NCBI GenBank assembly: GCA_030390025.1
Contig: CM059438.1
Location: forward strand, 64,234,001 to 64,298,000
DNA: 64,000 nucleotides
Reading direction: 5' to 3'
DNA from: Squalus acanthias
Taxonomy: Eukaryota
The position numbers and the translations under genes are program-made. The notes beneath the pieces are model-generated. The model had not been told where the DNA came from, made no database searches, and worked only from the letters and a program-made list of their open reading frames with translations. This document shows, one piece after another, positions 22,468 through 33,551 of this stretch. The stretch's first letter is position 1, and each line of letters starts with the position of its first letter.

Positions 22468-23189
22468 TGAGTTTTGTTCAAAATAAAACCTGTCTTTTTT
22501 ACTGATTTTCTCCAAATTTACCCAGAATTTTGGGATCCAATTTTTTTTCTGACTGATTTTCTCCTTTTTTTTCCATTGAAAATAAAATCTAACCTCCCCC
22601 CCCCAAAAAAATGCATTTTTAAATTGTCAATAAAAATTGATACCAATTATAATTATTGAGTTTGTTACAGCTAGTGCACAGAGATTTCAGTACACAGAAC
22701 TTATTCCTGATTTCTCGTCCCTCGCGCTTACATAATGACAGTTACTGCAGCTGATAGTGATCCATTGTGCAGGAAAGGCTTTGGGACATTACTGAGGCAC
22801 GTGATAAGGCGCTACATAAAATGCAATTCTCTCTTTTAAAAAAAACGTGTTCTCAACCTCATGTAGCTCATTACAACTGATCAGTCTGACTAAGGAGTGA
22901 TGTTCAGATCTGAGCCAGCCCAAGGGGCTGATGATTGCTCCTCTCTCGACAGCTCTGAAAGGCCTGAGTTGATGCAATTTGGGACATTCTCAATGCTGCG
23001 CCTGGTGGGGACAACACGGCACACAAACCTGACATGAAATCTGACTTCGTTTAGGCACGCTACAGCCCTCTGGACTCAATATCGAGTTCAACAATTTTAG
23101 ATCATAACCTCAGCTCCAATCACATTTATATTTTATTTTATCCACCCTTTTATTTGTCCCCCCCCACCTTTTTTTTCCTCCTAGAAGCT

Positions 23190-23516
23190 GGCAGCTGTCC
23201 TTCATTCTGCCAGTGGATTTCACACTTCATTCAGCCTTAATCTGTCACATTAACACCACCTCTAGCCTTGCATATCTCTTAATGTCTCTTAATGTCTCTT
23301 CATCTCCCCCTTTGTTCCTTTATCCCCTCCCCCTTTTCCCAGCTTTACCCTGGCCTTAAATCTATTTGATTTCCGGCTCTTCCCAGTTCTGATGAAAGGT
23401 CATCGACCTGAAACGTTAACTCTCTTTCTCTCTCCACGGATGCTGCCTGGCCTGCTGAGTTTTTCCAGCGTTTTCTGTTGTTATTTCGGATTTCCAGCAT
23501 CCGCAGTATTTTGCTA
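23190..23516 (+). mobile_element. Penelope-like element 3' end (pseudo-LTR)
   Basis: Pyrimidine-rich stretch, then hammerhead motif and ggatgctgcctggcctgctgag...gatttccagcatccgcagtattttgc; second copy at 16505. Confidence 0.7.
23385..23421 (+). ncRNA. Minimal type I hammerhead ribozyme motif
   Basis: agtt-CTGATGA-a-aggtc(atc)gacct-GAAA-cgtt-aact: both catalytic boxes, 5-bp stem II, 4-bp stem I, minimal palindromic helix III. Confidence 0.7.
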
Positions 23517-23989
23517 TCGTGTCGATGAAATCTGACCCCGTTGACCTCAATTCCCTCAGTCTCACTCTAGGAAAATTTGGGAGTTGGGATTGTTCCTGTG
23601 GGTGTAGCGAGGAGGGAGTCGGTATTCCGAGGTTGTCACTGGGGTTTATTTACAGTGCATTAATGGAAGGCTTTGCAGGGCATCTCCCTTGTGACATGGC
23701 TGATAGGAGAATCTTGATGCTGCCAGTGAGTGATAAATGCTAGGGAAGGGAAATCAATCCTTAAATGCTATCATCCTGACCTTGCTGTCAAAATGCACAA
23801 ACGCATAGATTAAATTCTTGCTGCCAGATTAGATTGTCAGGTAAGACGTAACCAATGATTAAAGGGGATTGAAAATCACAATGATTATCTGCCACTTCTG
23901 GACCATACCAAAAGCTACAGTATCAGCTCTGTGATGCTGCATTTGCCCCTTTCCAATCCTTCTTCTCTTGCCATTTTCTGACACCAGGT

Positions 23990-24350
23990 TCCTCTCTCGA
24001 AGGCATTGACTGTCGCTTTCTGGTATCTCGCCCCAATAGCTACTTGTCATGGGTGAGCCTTGACAAGCAAGGTGTTCAATCACGATAGTCATTCCAGCCA
24101 TGCCCAAACCTGTCCTCACCTGACATACCTATCTGCCCACACTTCCAATAGGGGCCGCTGGCTAGCAATCAGAAGAGGTAACCCTAGCTGACTCTTCCCT
24201 GCACTGACCTAGGGGCACAATGGCCAGCTGTATTATCCCTGATGCTACGCTATCTGAGATGAGCTAATTTACCACAAACCGGGGACCAAACCAGGAACCT
24301 TTCTGATCTGCACGTCCCAGCTTCTCACTGGGTTACCTCACTCAGCAAAG
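23990..24350 (-). mobile_element. AmnSINE2-like SINE, degenerate
   Basis: cctgtcctcacctgacat...cttccaataggggcc...gagatgagctaattt...ggaacctttctgatctg is the reverse complement of the family pattern. Confidence 0.6.
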
Positions 24351-24644
24351 AGGGGTGTCTCATTTTACCTACTGGCTATGAAGCTTGGGAAAGCAGAGGT
24401 CTATACAGGTATACAGTACAATGGGTATCAGCTTCCGACTGTTGGCATGACTATCATTAATAATTAATAATATTAATGATAATTAATAATTAAAAAGAGC
24501 TGTTGCCACCTTATCACCTTTCACATTTTAATGACTCCTTTGGTAAGGAGAACGCTGCTAAAGTTTGCTTGTAACTTTTATGGTGCCGTTAGGTCACATT
24601 TTGAACATGTCTCGTTTTTATGTCCTCTTGTTACTTTTTTTTGT

Positions 24645-25990
24645 ATTCATTCACGGAATGTGGGCGTCGCGGGCAAGGCCAGCATTTATTGCCCATCCTT
24701 AATTGTCCTTGCGAAGGTGGTGGTGAGTCTTCTTGAACTGCTGCAGTCTGTGTGGTGAAGGTGCTCCCACTGTGCTGTTAGTCACAGTCATGGAGTTATA
24801 CAGCACAGAAAGAGGCCCTTCGGCCCATCGTGTCCGCGCCGGCCATCAAGCCCTGTCTATTCTAATCCCATTTTCCAGCACTTGGTCCGTAGCCTTGTAT
24901 GCTATGGCGTTTCAAGTGCTCATCTAAATGCTTCTTGAATGTTGTGAGGGTTCCTGCCTCTACCACCCTTTCAGGCAGTGAGTTCCAGATTCCAACCACC
25001 CTCTGGGTGAAAGAGTTTTTCCTCAAATCCCCTCTAAACCTCCTGCCCCTTACCTTGAAACTATGCCCCCTGGTTATTGACCCCTCTACTAAGGGGAAAA
25101 GTTCCTTTCTATCTACCCTATCTATGCCCCTCATAATTTTGTGCACCTCAATCAGGTCCCCCCTCAGCCTTCTCTGCTCTAAGGAAAACAACCCCAGCCT
25201 GTCCAGTCTCTCTTCATAGCTGAAGCGCTGCAGACCAGGTAACATCCTGGTGAATCTCCTCTGCACCCTCTCCAATGCAATCACATCCTTCCTATAGTGT
25301 GGCAACCAGAACTGCACACAGTATTCCAGCTGTGGCCTAACTAGCGTTTTGTACTGTTCCATCATAACCTCCCTGCTCTTCCCTTCGTCAGGCAAAGTTA
25401 CTTATATTCTATGCCTCAGCTAATGAAGGCAAGTATCCCATATGTCTTTTTAACCACCTTATCTACCTGTCCTGCTGCCTTCAGGGATCTATGTACATGC
25501 ACACCAAGGTCCCTCTGATCCTCTGTCCTCCCTAGGATCCTACCATTCATTGTGTATTCCCTTGCCTTGTTAGTCCTCCCAAAATGCATCACCTCACACT
25601 TTTCAGGGTTAAATTCCATTTGCCACTGTTCTGCCCATCTAACCATCCTGTCTATATCGTCCTGTAGCCTGAGGCTTCCCTCCTCACTATCTACCACTCC
25701 ACCAATTTTCGTGTCATCTGCGAACTTACTGATCATACCTCCTACATTCATATCTAAATCATTAATGTACACTACAAACAGCAAAGGACCCAGCACCTGA
25801 TCCCTGCGGTACACCACTGGACACAGGCTTCCAGTCACAAAAACAAAACAACCTTCGACCATCACCCTCTGCCTCCTGCCACTAAGCCAATTAGGTAGGG
25901 AGTTCCAGGATTTTGACCCAGCGACGATGATGGAACGTTGATATATTTCCAAGTTGGGATGGTGTGTGACTTGGAGGGGAACTTGGAGGG
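24645..25990 (-). mobile_element. 3' end of a second CR1-group LINE family (C-terminus ...HHHLLKGN), split by a CR1 insertion
   Basis: 24645-24781 and 25894-25990 are colinear with 38895-39130. Confidence 0.8.
24782..25893 (-). mobile_element. CR1 LINE, 5'-truncated
   Basis: ORFs 24862-25395 and 25416-25952 (YINDL, FADDTK, RPQLEYCVQFW); ttag at both junctions. Confidence 0.9.
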
Positions 25991-26435
25991 GAAATTACTG
26001 ATCCATCAACCATTGGAAATAGATTTTCTTAATTTAACTTATGAAAACCCTTCACAATTTTGAATGCCTCTATCAAATCTCCTCTTAATCTTCTCTGTTC
26101 TAATGAAAAGCCTCCCAATTTTTCTTGTCTTTCATTATATCTAATTTATGGCATCAACTTAATGAATCTCTTTTAAACCCTCTCCATGGCTTTGACATCC
26201 TTCCCACTACACTACCATACCCATATGGGGAAAGGGCAGGGGAAGAGGACTAAATGGATACGCCTTTCAGAGATGTCACAGACGAGATGGGCTGAATGGC
26301 CTTCTGTACAGTAAAATTCTGTTATTTTATGATTCTATATTACAACAGCTGACTGCAAGTGCACTGTCCTGGGCACCACTGTAAAGTGTAATAGCATGGC
26401 CTCCAGAGAACCAACGATGATGGAGATCACTGAAA

Positions 26436-27622
26436 ATGTGAGGGTACAGGAGGGGCAGTGAGGGTACAGGAGGGCAGTGAGGGTACGGGGGGGCAGTGAG
26501 GGTACAGGAGGGGCAGTGAGGGTACAGGGGCAGTGAGGGTACAGGAGGGCAGTGAGGGTACGGGGAGGCAGTGAGGGTACAGGAGGGGCAGTGAGGGTAC
26601 AGGGGGCAGTGAGGGTACAGGGGGGGCAGTGAGGGTACGGGGGGCAGTGAGGGTACAGGGGGGGCAGTGAGGGTACGGGGGCAGTGAGGGTACAGGGGGG
26701 GCAGTGAGGGTACGGGGGGGAGTGAGGGTACAGGGGGGCAGTGAGGGTAGAGATGGGGCAGTGAGGGTACAGGAGGGGACAGTGAGGGTACGGGGGGGGC
26801 AGTGAGGGTAGAGGAGGGGCAGTGAGGGTACAGGAGGGGACAGTGAGGGTATGGGGGGGCAGTGAGGGTAGAGGAGGGGCAGTGAGGGTACAGGAGGGGA
26901 CAGTGTGGGTACAGGAGGGGCAGTGAGGGTACGGGAGGGGCAGTGAGGTTACAGGAGGGGCAGTGAGGGTACAGGGGGGGCAGTGAGGGTATGGGGGTGG
27001 AGTGAGGGTACAGGGGGGGCAGTGAGGGTACAGGGGGGGCAGTGAGGGTACAGGGGGGGGGCAGTGAGGGTACGGGGGGCAGTGAGGGTACGGGGGGGGC
27101 AGTGAGGGTACAGGGGGGGGCAGTGAGGGTACAGGAGGACAATGAGGGTACAGGAGGGGCAGTGAGGGTACAGGAGGGGCAGTGAGGGTACAGGAGGGGG
27201 CAGTGAGGGTATGGGGGGGCAGTGAGGGTACGGGGGGGCAGTGAGGGTACGGGGGGGACAGTGAGGGTACAGGAGGGGCAGTGAGGGTACGGGGGGGACA
27301 GTGAGGGTACGGGGGGACAGTGAGGGTACAGGAGGGGACAGTGAGGGTACAGGAGGGGCAGTGAGGGTACAGGGGGGGGCAGTGAGGGTACGGGGGGGCA
27401 GTGAGGGTACAGGGGGGACAGTGAGGGTACAGGGGGGGGCAGTGAGGGTACGGGGGGGCAGTGAGGGTACGGGGGGGGGCAGTGAGGGTACGGGGGGGCA
27501 GTGAGGGTACAGGAGGGGCAGTGAGGGTACAGGAGGGGCAGTGAGGGTACGGGGGGGGACAGTGAGGGTACGGGGGGACAGTGAGGGTACAGGAGGGGCA
27601 GTGAGGGTACGGGGGGAGGGGG
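26436..27622. repeat. G-rich minisatellite, unit ~19-21 bp (cagtgagggtacaggagggg), about 60 copies
   Basis: Directly visible tandem array with variable G-run length. Confidence 0.97.
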
Positions 27623-28659
27623 GCTGTGTGGGTTAGAAGTGGACAGTGAGACACCAAGGGGACAGTGTGGGTTCTTCAGATGAGCGAACAAACAGGGCCT
27701 TTCATCTTTAAAAAAATACATCTACACATGTGCCTCAGAGTAAGGCCACCTGTTGCAGTAGAATAAAGATGGAAGACATGGTGTGTCGCGATCAATATAA
27801 AACAAGCATTTGACTGTTCTATATTGTACTTCTGCTTTCAGTTTGGGGCCTGACAGCAGGAGGGCAGCATGAAAGTACGATTAGATTTTCTGATAACAAC
27901 CTGTGAAGAAAAATTAGCCATTTTGAAAAATCTGAACTGTGACCTAATTTGAAGAGGTTTCACAGCTCATGGAAATAATTGGAGAAACAATAACGAATAA
28001 AGGCAGGGACTGAGGGGAACCGGAGAGAGAAATGGAAAGGGACAAAAAATCTGCAAGAGATTGGAAGATATTATGCCCCATTTTTAATATAAAACAGGTG
28101 CTGTTGTAATGAAATCTACAGCTTGTAATTTTTCACTGGATGCAAACTGCTGCCTAATGTTTCACCCTCAGGGCTTTATAGTGAAGATTTTTTTGGTGCA
28201 ATGTTCAATTAAATGTTTGAAAATGCAGCATAATTCTGGAAAGGATAAAAATACGACAAAAGTCCTTTTGATGATTGCTATTCAGTGACCCCTGCTGGAA
28301 GATATGAATATGTGGATAGCAGAAGAGGAGAGTAATGGGGGTTGGCTTGGAGACCCTCCCCCTCCTGCTTTCCTACTCTTCTTTCTTTCTCTCTCTCTCT
28401 CTCTCAAACACACACAAACATATTCACATGAGCACATATACTCACTCCCTCACTCACTGCTGGCACTCATTAAGCAGAAATATAGAAGAATGACCAGTTG
28501 GCTAACGTACTGAGGGTCTCCAGTTGCCCATGAGATTGTCCCCAATCATGAGTCAGTGGGTGAACACTGTACATGTACACTATCAACCATGCCACACCCC
28601 ACCCCACCCACCCCACCACACCTCCTCACCCCAATTCCTCTCTGATCCTCAACACAATC

Positions 28660-29378
28660 AGCAACAACTTGCATTTATATAGCGCCTTTAATGTAGTAAA
28701 AATGTCCCAAGGCGCTTCACAGGAGCGTTCTAAAACAAAATTTCACAGCGAGCCACATAAGGAGATATTAGGAGATAGAGGTAGGTTTTAATGAGCGTCT
28801 TAAAGGAGGAAAGAGAGGAAGAGGTGCAATGAGATTGAGGGAGGGAATTCCAGAGCTTAGGGCCTTGGCAGCTGAAGGCACGGCCACTAATAGTGGAGCG
28901 ATTAAAATCGGGGATGCGCAAGAGGCCAGAAATGGAGGAGCAGAGATATCTCGGAGGGTTGCCGGGCTGGAGGAGGTTACAGAGATAGGGAAGGGTGAGG
29001 CCATGGAGGGATTTGAAAACATGGACGAGAATTTTAAGAACGAGACATTGCTTAACCGAAAGCCAATGTAGGTCAGCGAGCACAGGGGTGATGGGTGAAT
29101 GGGACTTGGTGCGAGTTAGGACACGGGCAGCCGAGTTTTGGATGACCTCAAGCTTACAGAGGGTAGAACGTGGGAGGCCGGCCAGGAGTTCTTTGGAATA
29201 GTCAAGTCTAGAGATAACAAAGGTATGGATGAGGGTTTCAGCAGCGGATGAGCTGATGGGACGGGTGATGTTACAGAGGTGGAAATAAGCGGTCTTAGTG
29301 ATGACGCGGATATGTGGTTGGAAGCTCATCTCGGATCAAATATGACACCAAGGTTGCGAACCGTCTGGTTCAGCCTCA
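28660..29378 (-). mobile_element. L2 LINE 3' fragment
   Basis: ORF 28730-29329 (SRLDYS, IQNSAARVL, LHWL) plus L2 tail. Confidence 0.9.
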
Positions 29379-29439
29379 TGTTTCCTCCTCGGAGGATCTT
29401 GTCCGATCCCCTTTTCAAGGACAATCCACACTCAGCTGA

Positions 29440-29762
29440 TGTTTTGTAGCTGAGCCATACAGACGATGAAGATCCCAGGTTAAATCCTCAGGACTGTGTT
29501 GAGTTGCCCAGTCTCAGTTGAGTTGGCAGTAAGGCTGTAACAAGTGTCCTCGGAGCCCCCTCGGTGACATGAGGAGAAAACCGGGAAGGTTACCAGCTCC
29601 TAATCTGATGAGCAAGTGTCAGGTATGGGTGGATGTTGAATGACTGATTGACACTCACCGCTTGAAGCTCACATGAAGACATGGCCACTTGGGTGAGATG
29701 TGGGAGGACAGTCAACGCCCACGAAACTGAACCCAGCATGCTAGCACCTTGAGGAGAGGAGG
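29440..29762 (+). mobile_element. AmnSINE2-like SINE
   Basis: gagccatacagac...gatcccaggtt...gacactcac...ctcacatgaagacatggccacttgggtgag. Confidence 0.65.
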
Positions 29763-30976
29763 TGCTGAAGTGTAACAAGAAACCTTAGCCTGAAGTCCAA
29801 GACACGCTCATTACCAGCACCAGCCGCACTCACTTTAACATAATGACATTCTAACAGATCTTTGTTACAAATATGTAATGATTAAGCATGCCACTCTCTC
29901 CAGCTCATCATATTCTCACCCACCCAGGAATTAAATGCAGCCCTAAAATTTCTCTTTAATTTCCCATTTCATACATTTTGCTACAGTTATTACATTTGCA
30001 ACGATAAAATTTAATTATGGGACAGTGGAAAGCATTAAGTAATTAAATATGCCGGGATATTCTATAAAAAGCTGGAATGTTTGAAAGAGTCCTTGGCGGA
30101 TGAATCATGCGCATTAGTCATCTGGAACCTGAAGCCCTTGTGAAAATGTGACAGGTTGTCATTAGCGTCATCTGCTTATTATCTGTCAAAGCTACGTTAC
30201 CAATCTGTAGATTTTCATTTGCCGGAGGCACTTAATCCACGTGGAGTTTGGTGTTTGTAGTACAATGAACATTCATCTGCCTGGAAAATGCAATAAGTGA
30301 GCATTTGTGATTAATGGTGCGGGTAGCTATTGTTCAACAAGATTAAATAAACAATTTTATAGTAATCTATACCCTCCTTTAAGATTTAAAGTCAACCTGC
30401 GATGGATTTATGCAGCGTTGAGATGAGCTGTGTTTCTTTTCTAGTAAGTGATGTTTAAATGTGAAGCAGCAGGAGGAAAAGGGTCAGCGATGACTGTAGT
30501 TTTAGTTGCCAGTTTAAACCTCAGTTAGTGTACTGTTAGTGGTAGGTGTATGTAACTCCAGAATAATAATGAATAAAATAGTGCGCCTCTGACTGAGTCT
30601 AGCACCTAACTTTCCAAGGAATATAGGAACAGGAGTAGGACATTCAGCCTCTCGAGCCTGTTCCACCATTAAATTAAATCATGGCTGATTTGTACCTCAA
30701 CTTCATTTACCCCTCTTTGATCCATATCCCTGGACCTATTGCCAATAAAAATCTATCAACCTCAGTCTTGAAATTTCAATTCATTTGGGGGAGAGAGAAC
30801 GGCCTAGCTCTAATTTTAAGGTTATGCCCCCCCCCCCACCTTGTTCTGGACAAGGAAATAGTTTCTTATCAAATCCTTTTATCATTTTAAAGACCTCGAT
30901 TCGACCACCCCTCAAACCTCTAAACTCACGGCAATATAAACCAAGTCTATGCAACCTGTCCTCATAATTTAACCCT

Positions 30977-32061
30977 TGTTGAGTTTCTGGGTCCGTGCCA
31001 ATTAATCCTTTCACTCTTAAGTTCCGAAAGATTCGACTTGACCCTTATTGGTGACAGTGTTTATACTTTATTCAGTGACTTCAGCGAGACTTGATACATC
31101 ACTAGTATCTGAGCAGTAGTTAACAAGAAAGAAAAGAAAGAAAGACTTGCATTTATGTAGCGCCTTTCACGACCACCGGACGTCTCAAAGTGCTTTACAG
31201 CCAATGAAGTGCTTTTGAAGTGGAGGCACTGTTGTAACAAGGCACAATCAAGTGTTATATTATCCGTTGTGCCCTGGGTAGAAAGGTTGCGGTCTCCACG
31301 AGCGAACCCCCGCTGGCCTGTTAGCACTATAGACTCAGCGTACTGTCGGCGTCGCGCACGTGGTCCCTCCACCAGTCCGTCCCTCCCGGCCCATCTGTGG
31401 ATAGTCCCAAGCTTTTCAGCCGAATACCTCTACAACCCTTGTGTCGAAGAGACCCCCTTCTTACACCCCTTCTTCACAGCAAAGTCTATGGGGACCAGTT
31501 AACCCAATCATGGAGCTACGCCTGAATTTCACTACCCAATTACAGGGAGGCCACGTACTCACTGATCCCGCCTGCCCCTGTCAGGCCATCACCCTCATGA
31601 CCCCCTCCTTCTGCTGACACCATCTGTGTTTCACTCCCTAACAGTGTCTAATTCAAACGAGTCAAGATGTCCTTGACAATCATTTTTCTCACCTGGGAAA
31701 AGACAGTTATGATTTTGTTATGGCTTCGCTATGACTTCGCTTTACGTTCCTTATCAGGGTCTCTGGAATCTTGCCAAGCTGGCCTTGTCGTTTTACAGGC
31801 AGCTATTCTTTTATGAGAAATGCTGAAATGGTCATTTTAAATTTTGGTCAGGAAGGACCCATGAGCCTTTAGTTTTCCTCCATCTTATCTCCCAAACCAG
31901 GGCCGCCCAGGGCATTTCACAACAGGTTTACAAGTATGATTATAAGTGCAACAATTACACAATGAAATCGTTAATCTACAATTAATAATAGTATGAATTG
32001 ATTATATTTCAGGTTAGTTAGCAAGTGAATATGAAGTGGAGACTTTCCCAGTATTCTCACA
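30977..32061 (-). mobile_element. Solo LTR nested in CR1
   Basis: TG...CA ends (tgttgag / ctcaca); 4-bp TSD ccct at 30973-30976 and 32062-32065; AATAAA on minus strand near 31070. Confidence 0.75.
31128..31237 (-). mobile_element. SacSINE1-type 3' fragment nested in the LTR
   Basis: (gaaa)n gacttgcatttatgtagcgcc...; taacaag duplicated at 31121-31127 and 31235-31241. Confidence 0.85.
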
Positions 32062-32284
32062 CCCTTTAAGCCCTGGTATCATTCTGGTGAATTTGCACTG
32101 TACTCCCTCCAAGGCCAATATATCTTTCTTGAGGATCGGTGTCAAAAGCTGAATGCAGATGGTGAAATTGGACCTCACTAATGGTCAGCAGCTTCTCGAA
32201 AGAAATTGTGAAAAAATCTGATTAACATTAGCATTCCTTCATTTATTTACTTTTTCTGAATATTAGTATTTTAACAACGAAGAA

Positions 32285-32575
32285 GACGAACTTGCATCAA
32301 TATAGCACCTTTGACAATCTCAGGACGTCCAGAAGCGCTTTACAGCCAATGAACTACTTTTAAAGTGTAGTCACTGATGTAATGTAGGAAACACGGCAAC
32401 CGATTTGCGCACAGCAAGCTCCCACAAACAGCACTGGGAAGAACACACCTGCTCTTCTTTGAAACAGTGCAGCACTCTCTCAATACTTCAGGCAGCCTAG
32501 TCTGCTCAAGTTTCTGGAGTGGGGCTTGAACCCACAACCTTCGGAGTCTGAGGCGGGAATGCTACAACTGAGTGA
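32285..32575 (-). mobile_element. SacSINE1-type SINE, internally deleted
   Basis: Tail, Deu-like segment and tRNA head, all reverse complementary to 1338-1800. Confidence 0.8.
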
Positions 32576-32642
32576 AGGCCAAATATAAAATTAGGGTGAG
32601 GGTCTGGAAGGTGTTACTGAGGCTTATCGAGTGTGATTCTAT

Positions 32643-33369
32643 GGGGGAAAAAGTCAGTTGCTTTACGCCTCCCGTTAGCGCCCCGAGGGAGCGCTAATGG
32701 GGCGCAAAGCAACTAGTGCCCGGGCGCGGCGCCGCTAATACCTCCCGCAAAATTCAGTGGGAGGTTAGCAGCGGCGGTAGCCGGTAGCGCCCTGCGGCGC
32801 TGCGCCTCCAGTGATGACGTCATCGCCGTGCGCAGCGCCCTGGCCGCAAACTTGGCTCGTGCCCCCTGACCTACCACCGGACGCTATGTCCGACCGGGAC
32901 AGGGGGATGTTTTTGCGGCCGTGGCGGCGATAATTAAAAGGCAGGTGCCGACGGCCATTTTTTTTGGGCCGCCTGCCAGCACCTGCCCCCTCTCGCCTCT
33001 TGCTGCGATCCGTCAGCCCGGCGCTCCTCTTGAGTGCCAGGCTCTTTTGCCGGCACCCCGCTCCATGGTGGGTCAGCAGGGCCCCAGTGCACGCTGCGCT
33101 AGGCCCCTCCCCTTTAATCAGGGGAGGGAGGCCTGCAGTAACACGGCGCTACGTGCCGGCGCGCATGGCGCTGCTGCACGTAGCACCGTGATAATTCAAT
33201 GGGAGCGCCCCAAGAGGGAGGGAGAGCGCTTCCAGTAGCGCCCCGCCTCCTGCTTGGGGCGCTACCATTGAAGTTCAGGTGCAGGGGCAATAACTTTTTC
33301 AGGGAGCTAAAAGTAGTGCCCTGGCGAAGTTATCACCTCAAAGTGGGTGTTAGCCAATTAATCCCCCCC
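32643..33369. mobile_element. Non-autonomous PIF/Harbinger-type element
   Basis: GGGGG...CCCCC ends; 3-bp TSD tat (32640-32642, 33370-33372); very CpG-rich interior. Confidence 0.65.
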
Positions 33370-33551
33370 TATGCATCTACAGAAGCTATTATTAGCCTAG
33401 GCAACCAACTTCAGCTGCATTTGAGTTAATTTAGCTCCTTCACACTGCCATCGATAGCAACGCCTCCAATCCCAATGATGTCATCAATATTCATTACTTG
33501 AACAAAAGATTTACCTCCCTATCCAGAAGTATCAGAAGCTAATAAACGCGC

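Larger units (their letters stand above)
30620..32160 (-). mobile_element. CR1 3' fragment split by a solo LTR
   Basis: 30620-30976 (RLGLYCREFRGLRG) resumes after 32061 (ccctttaagccctggtatcattctggtgaa). Confidence 0.8.

Noticed and set aside
24452..24495. AT-rich inverted repeat tatcattaata / tattaatgata
   Set aside because: Low-complexity; likely slippage
25380..25403. ~23-bp insert in CR1 reading ctgacgaaggg on the minus strand, like half a hammerhead core
   Set aside because: Too short; no GAAA box or stems
26436..27622. CRISPR-like repeat-spacer appearance
   Set aside because: Spacers are short G-runs rather than unique sequences; vertebrate context; no cas genes
26327..27721. 464-aa and 440-aa proline-rich ORFs
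   Set aside because: Translations of the minisatellite's C-rich strand; frames shift with unit length; no splice or domain evidence
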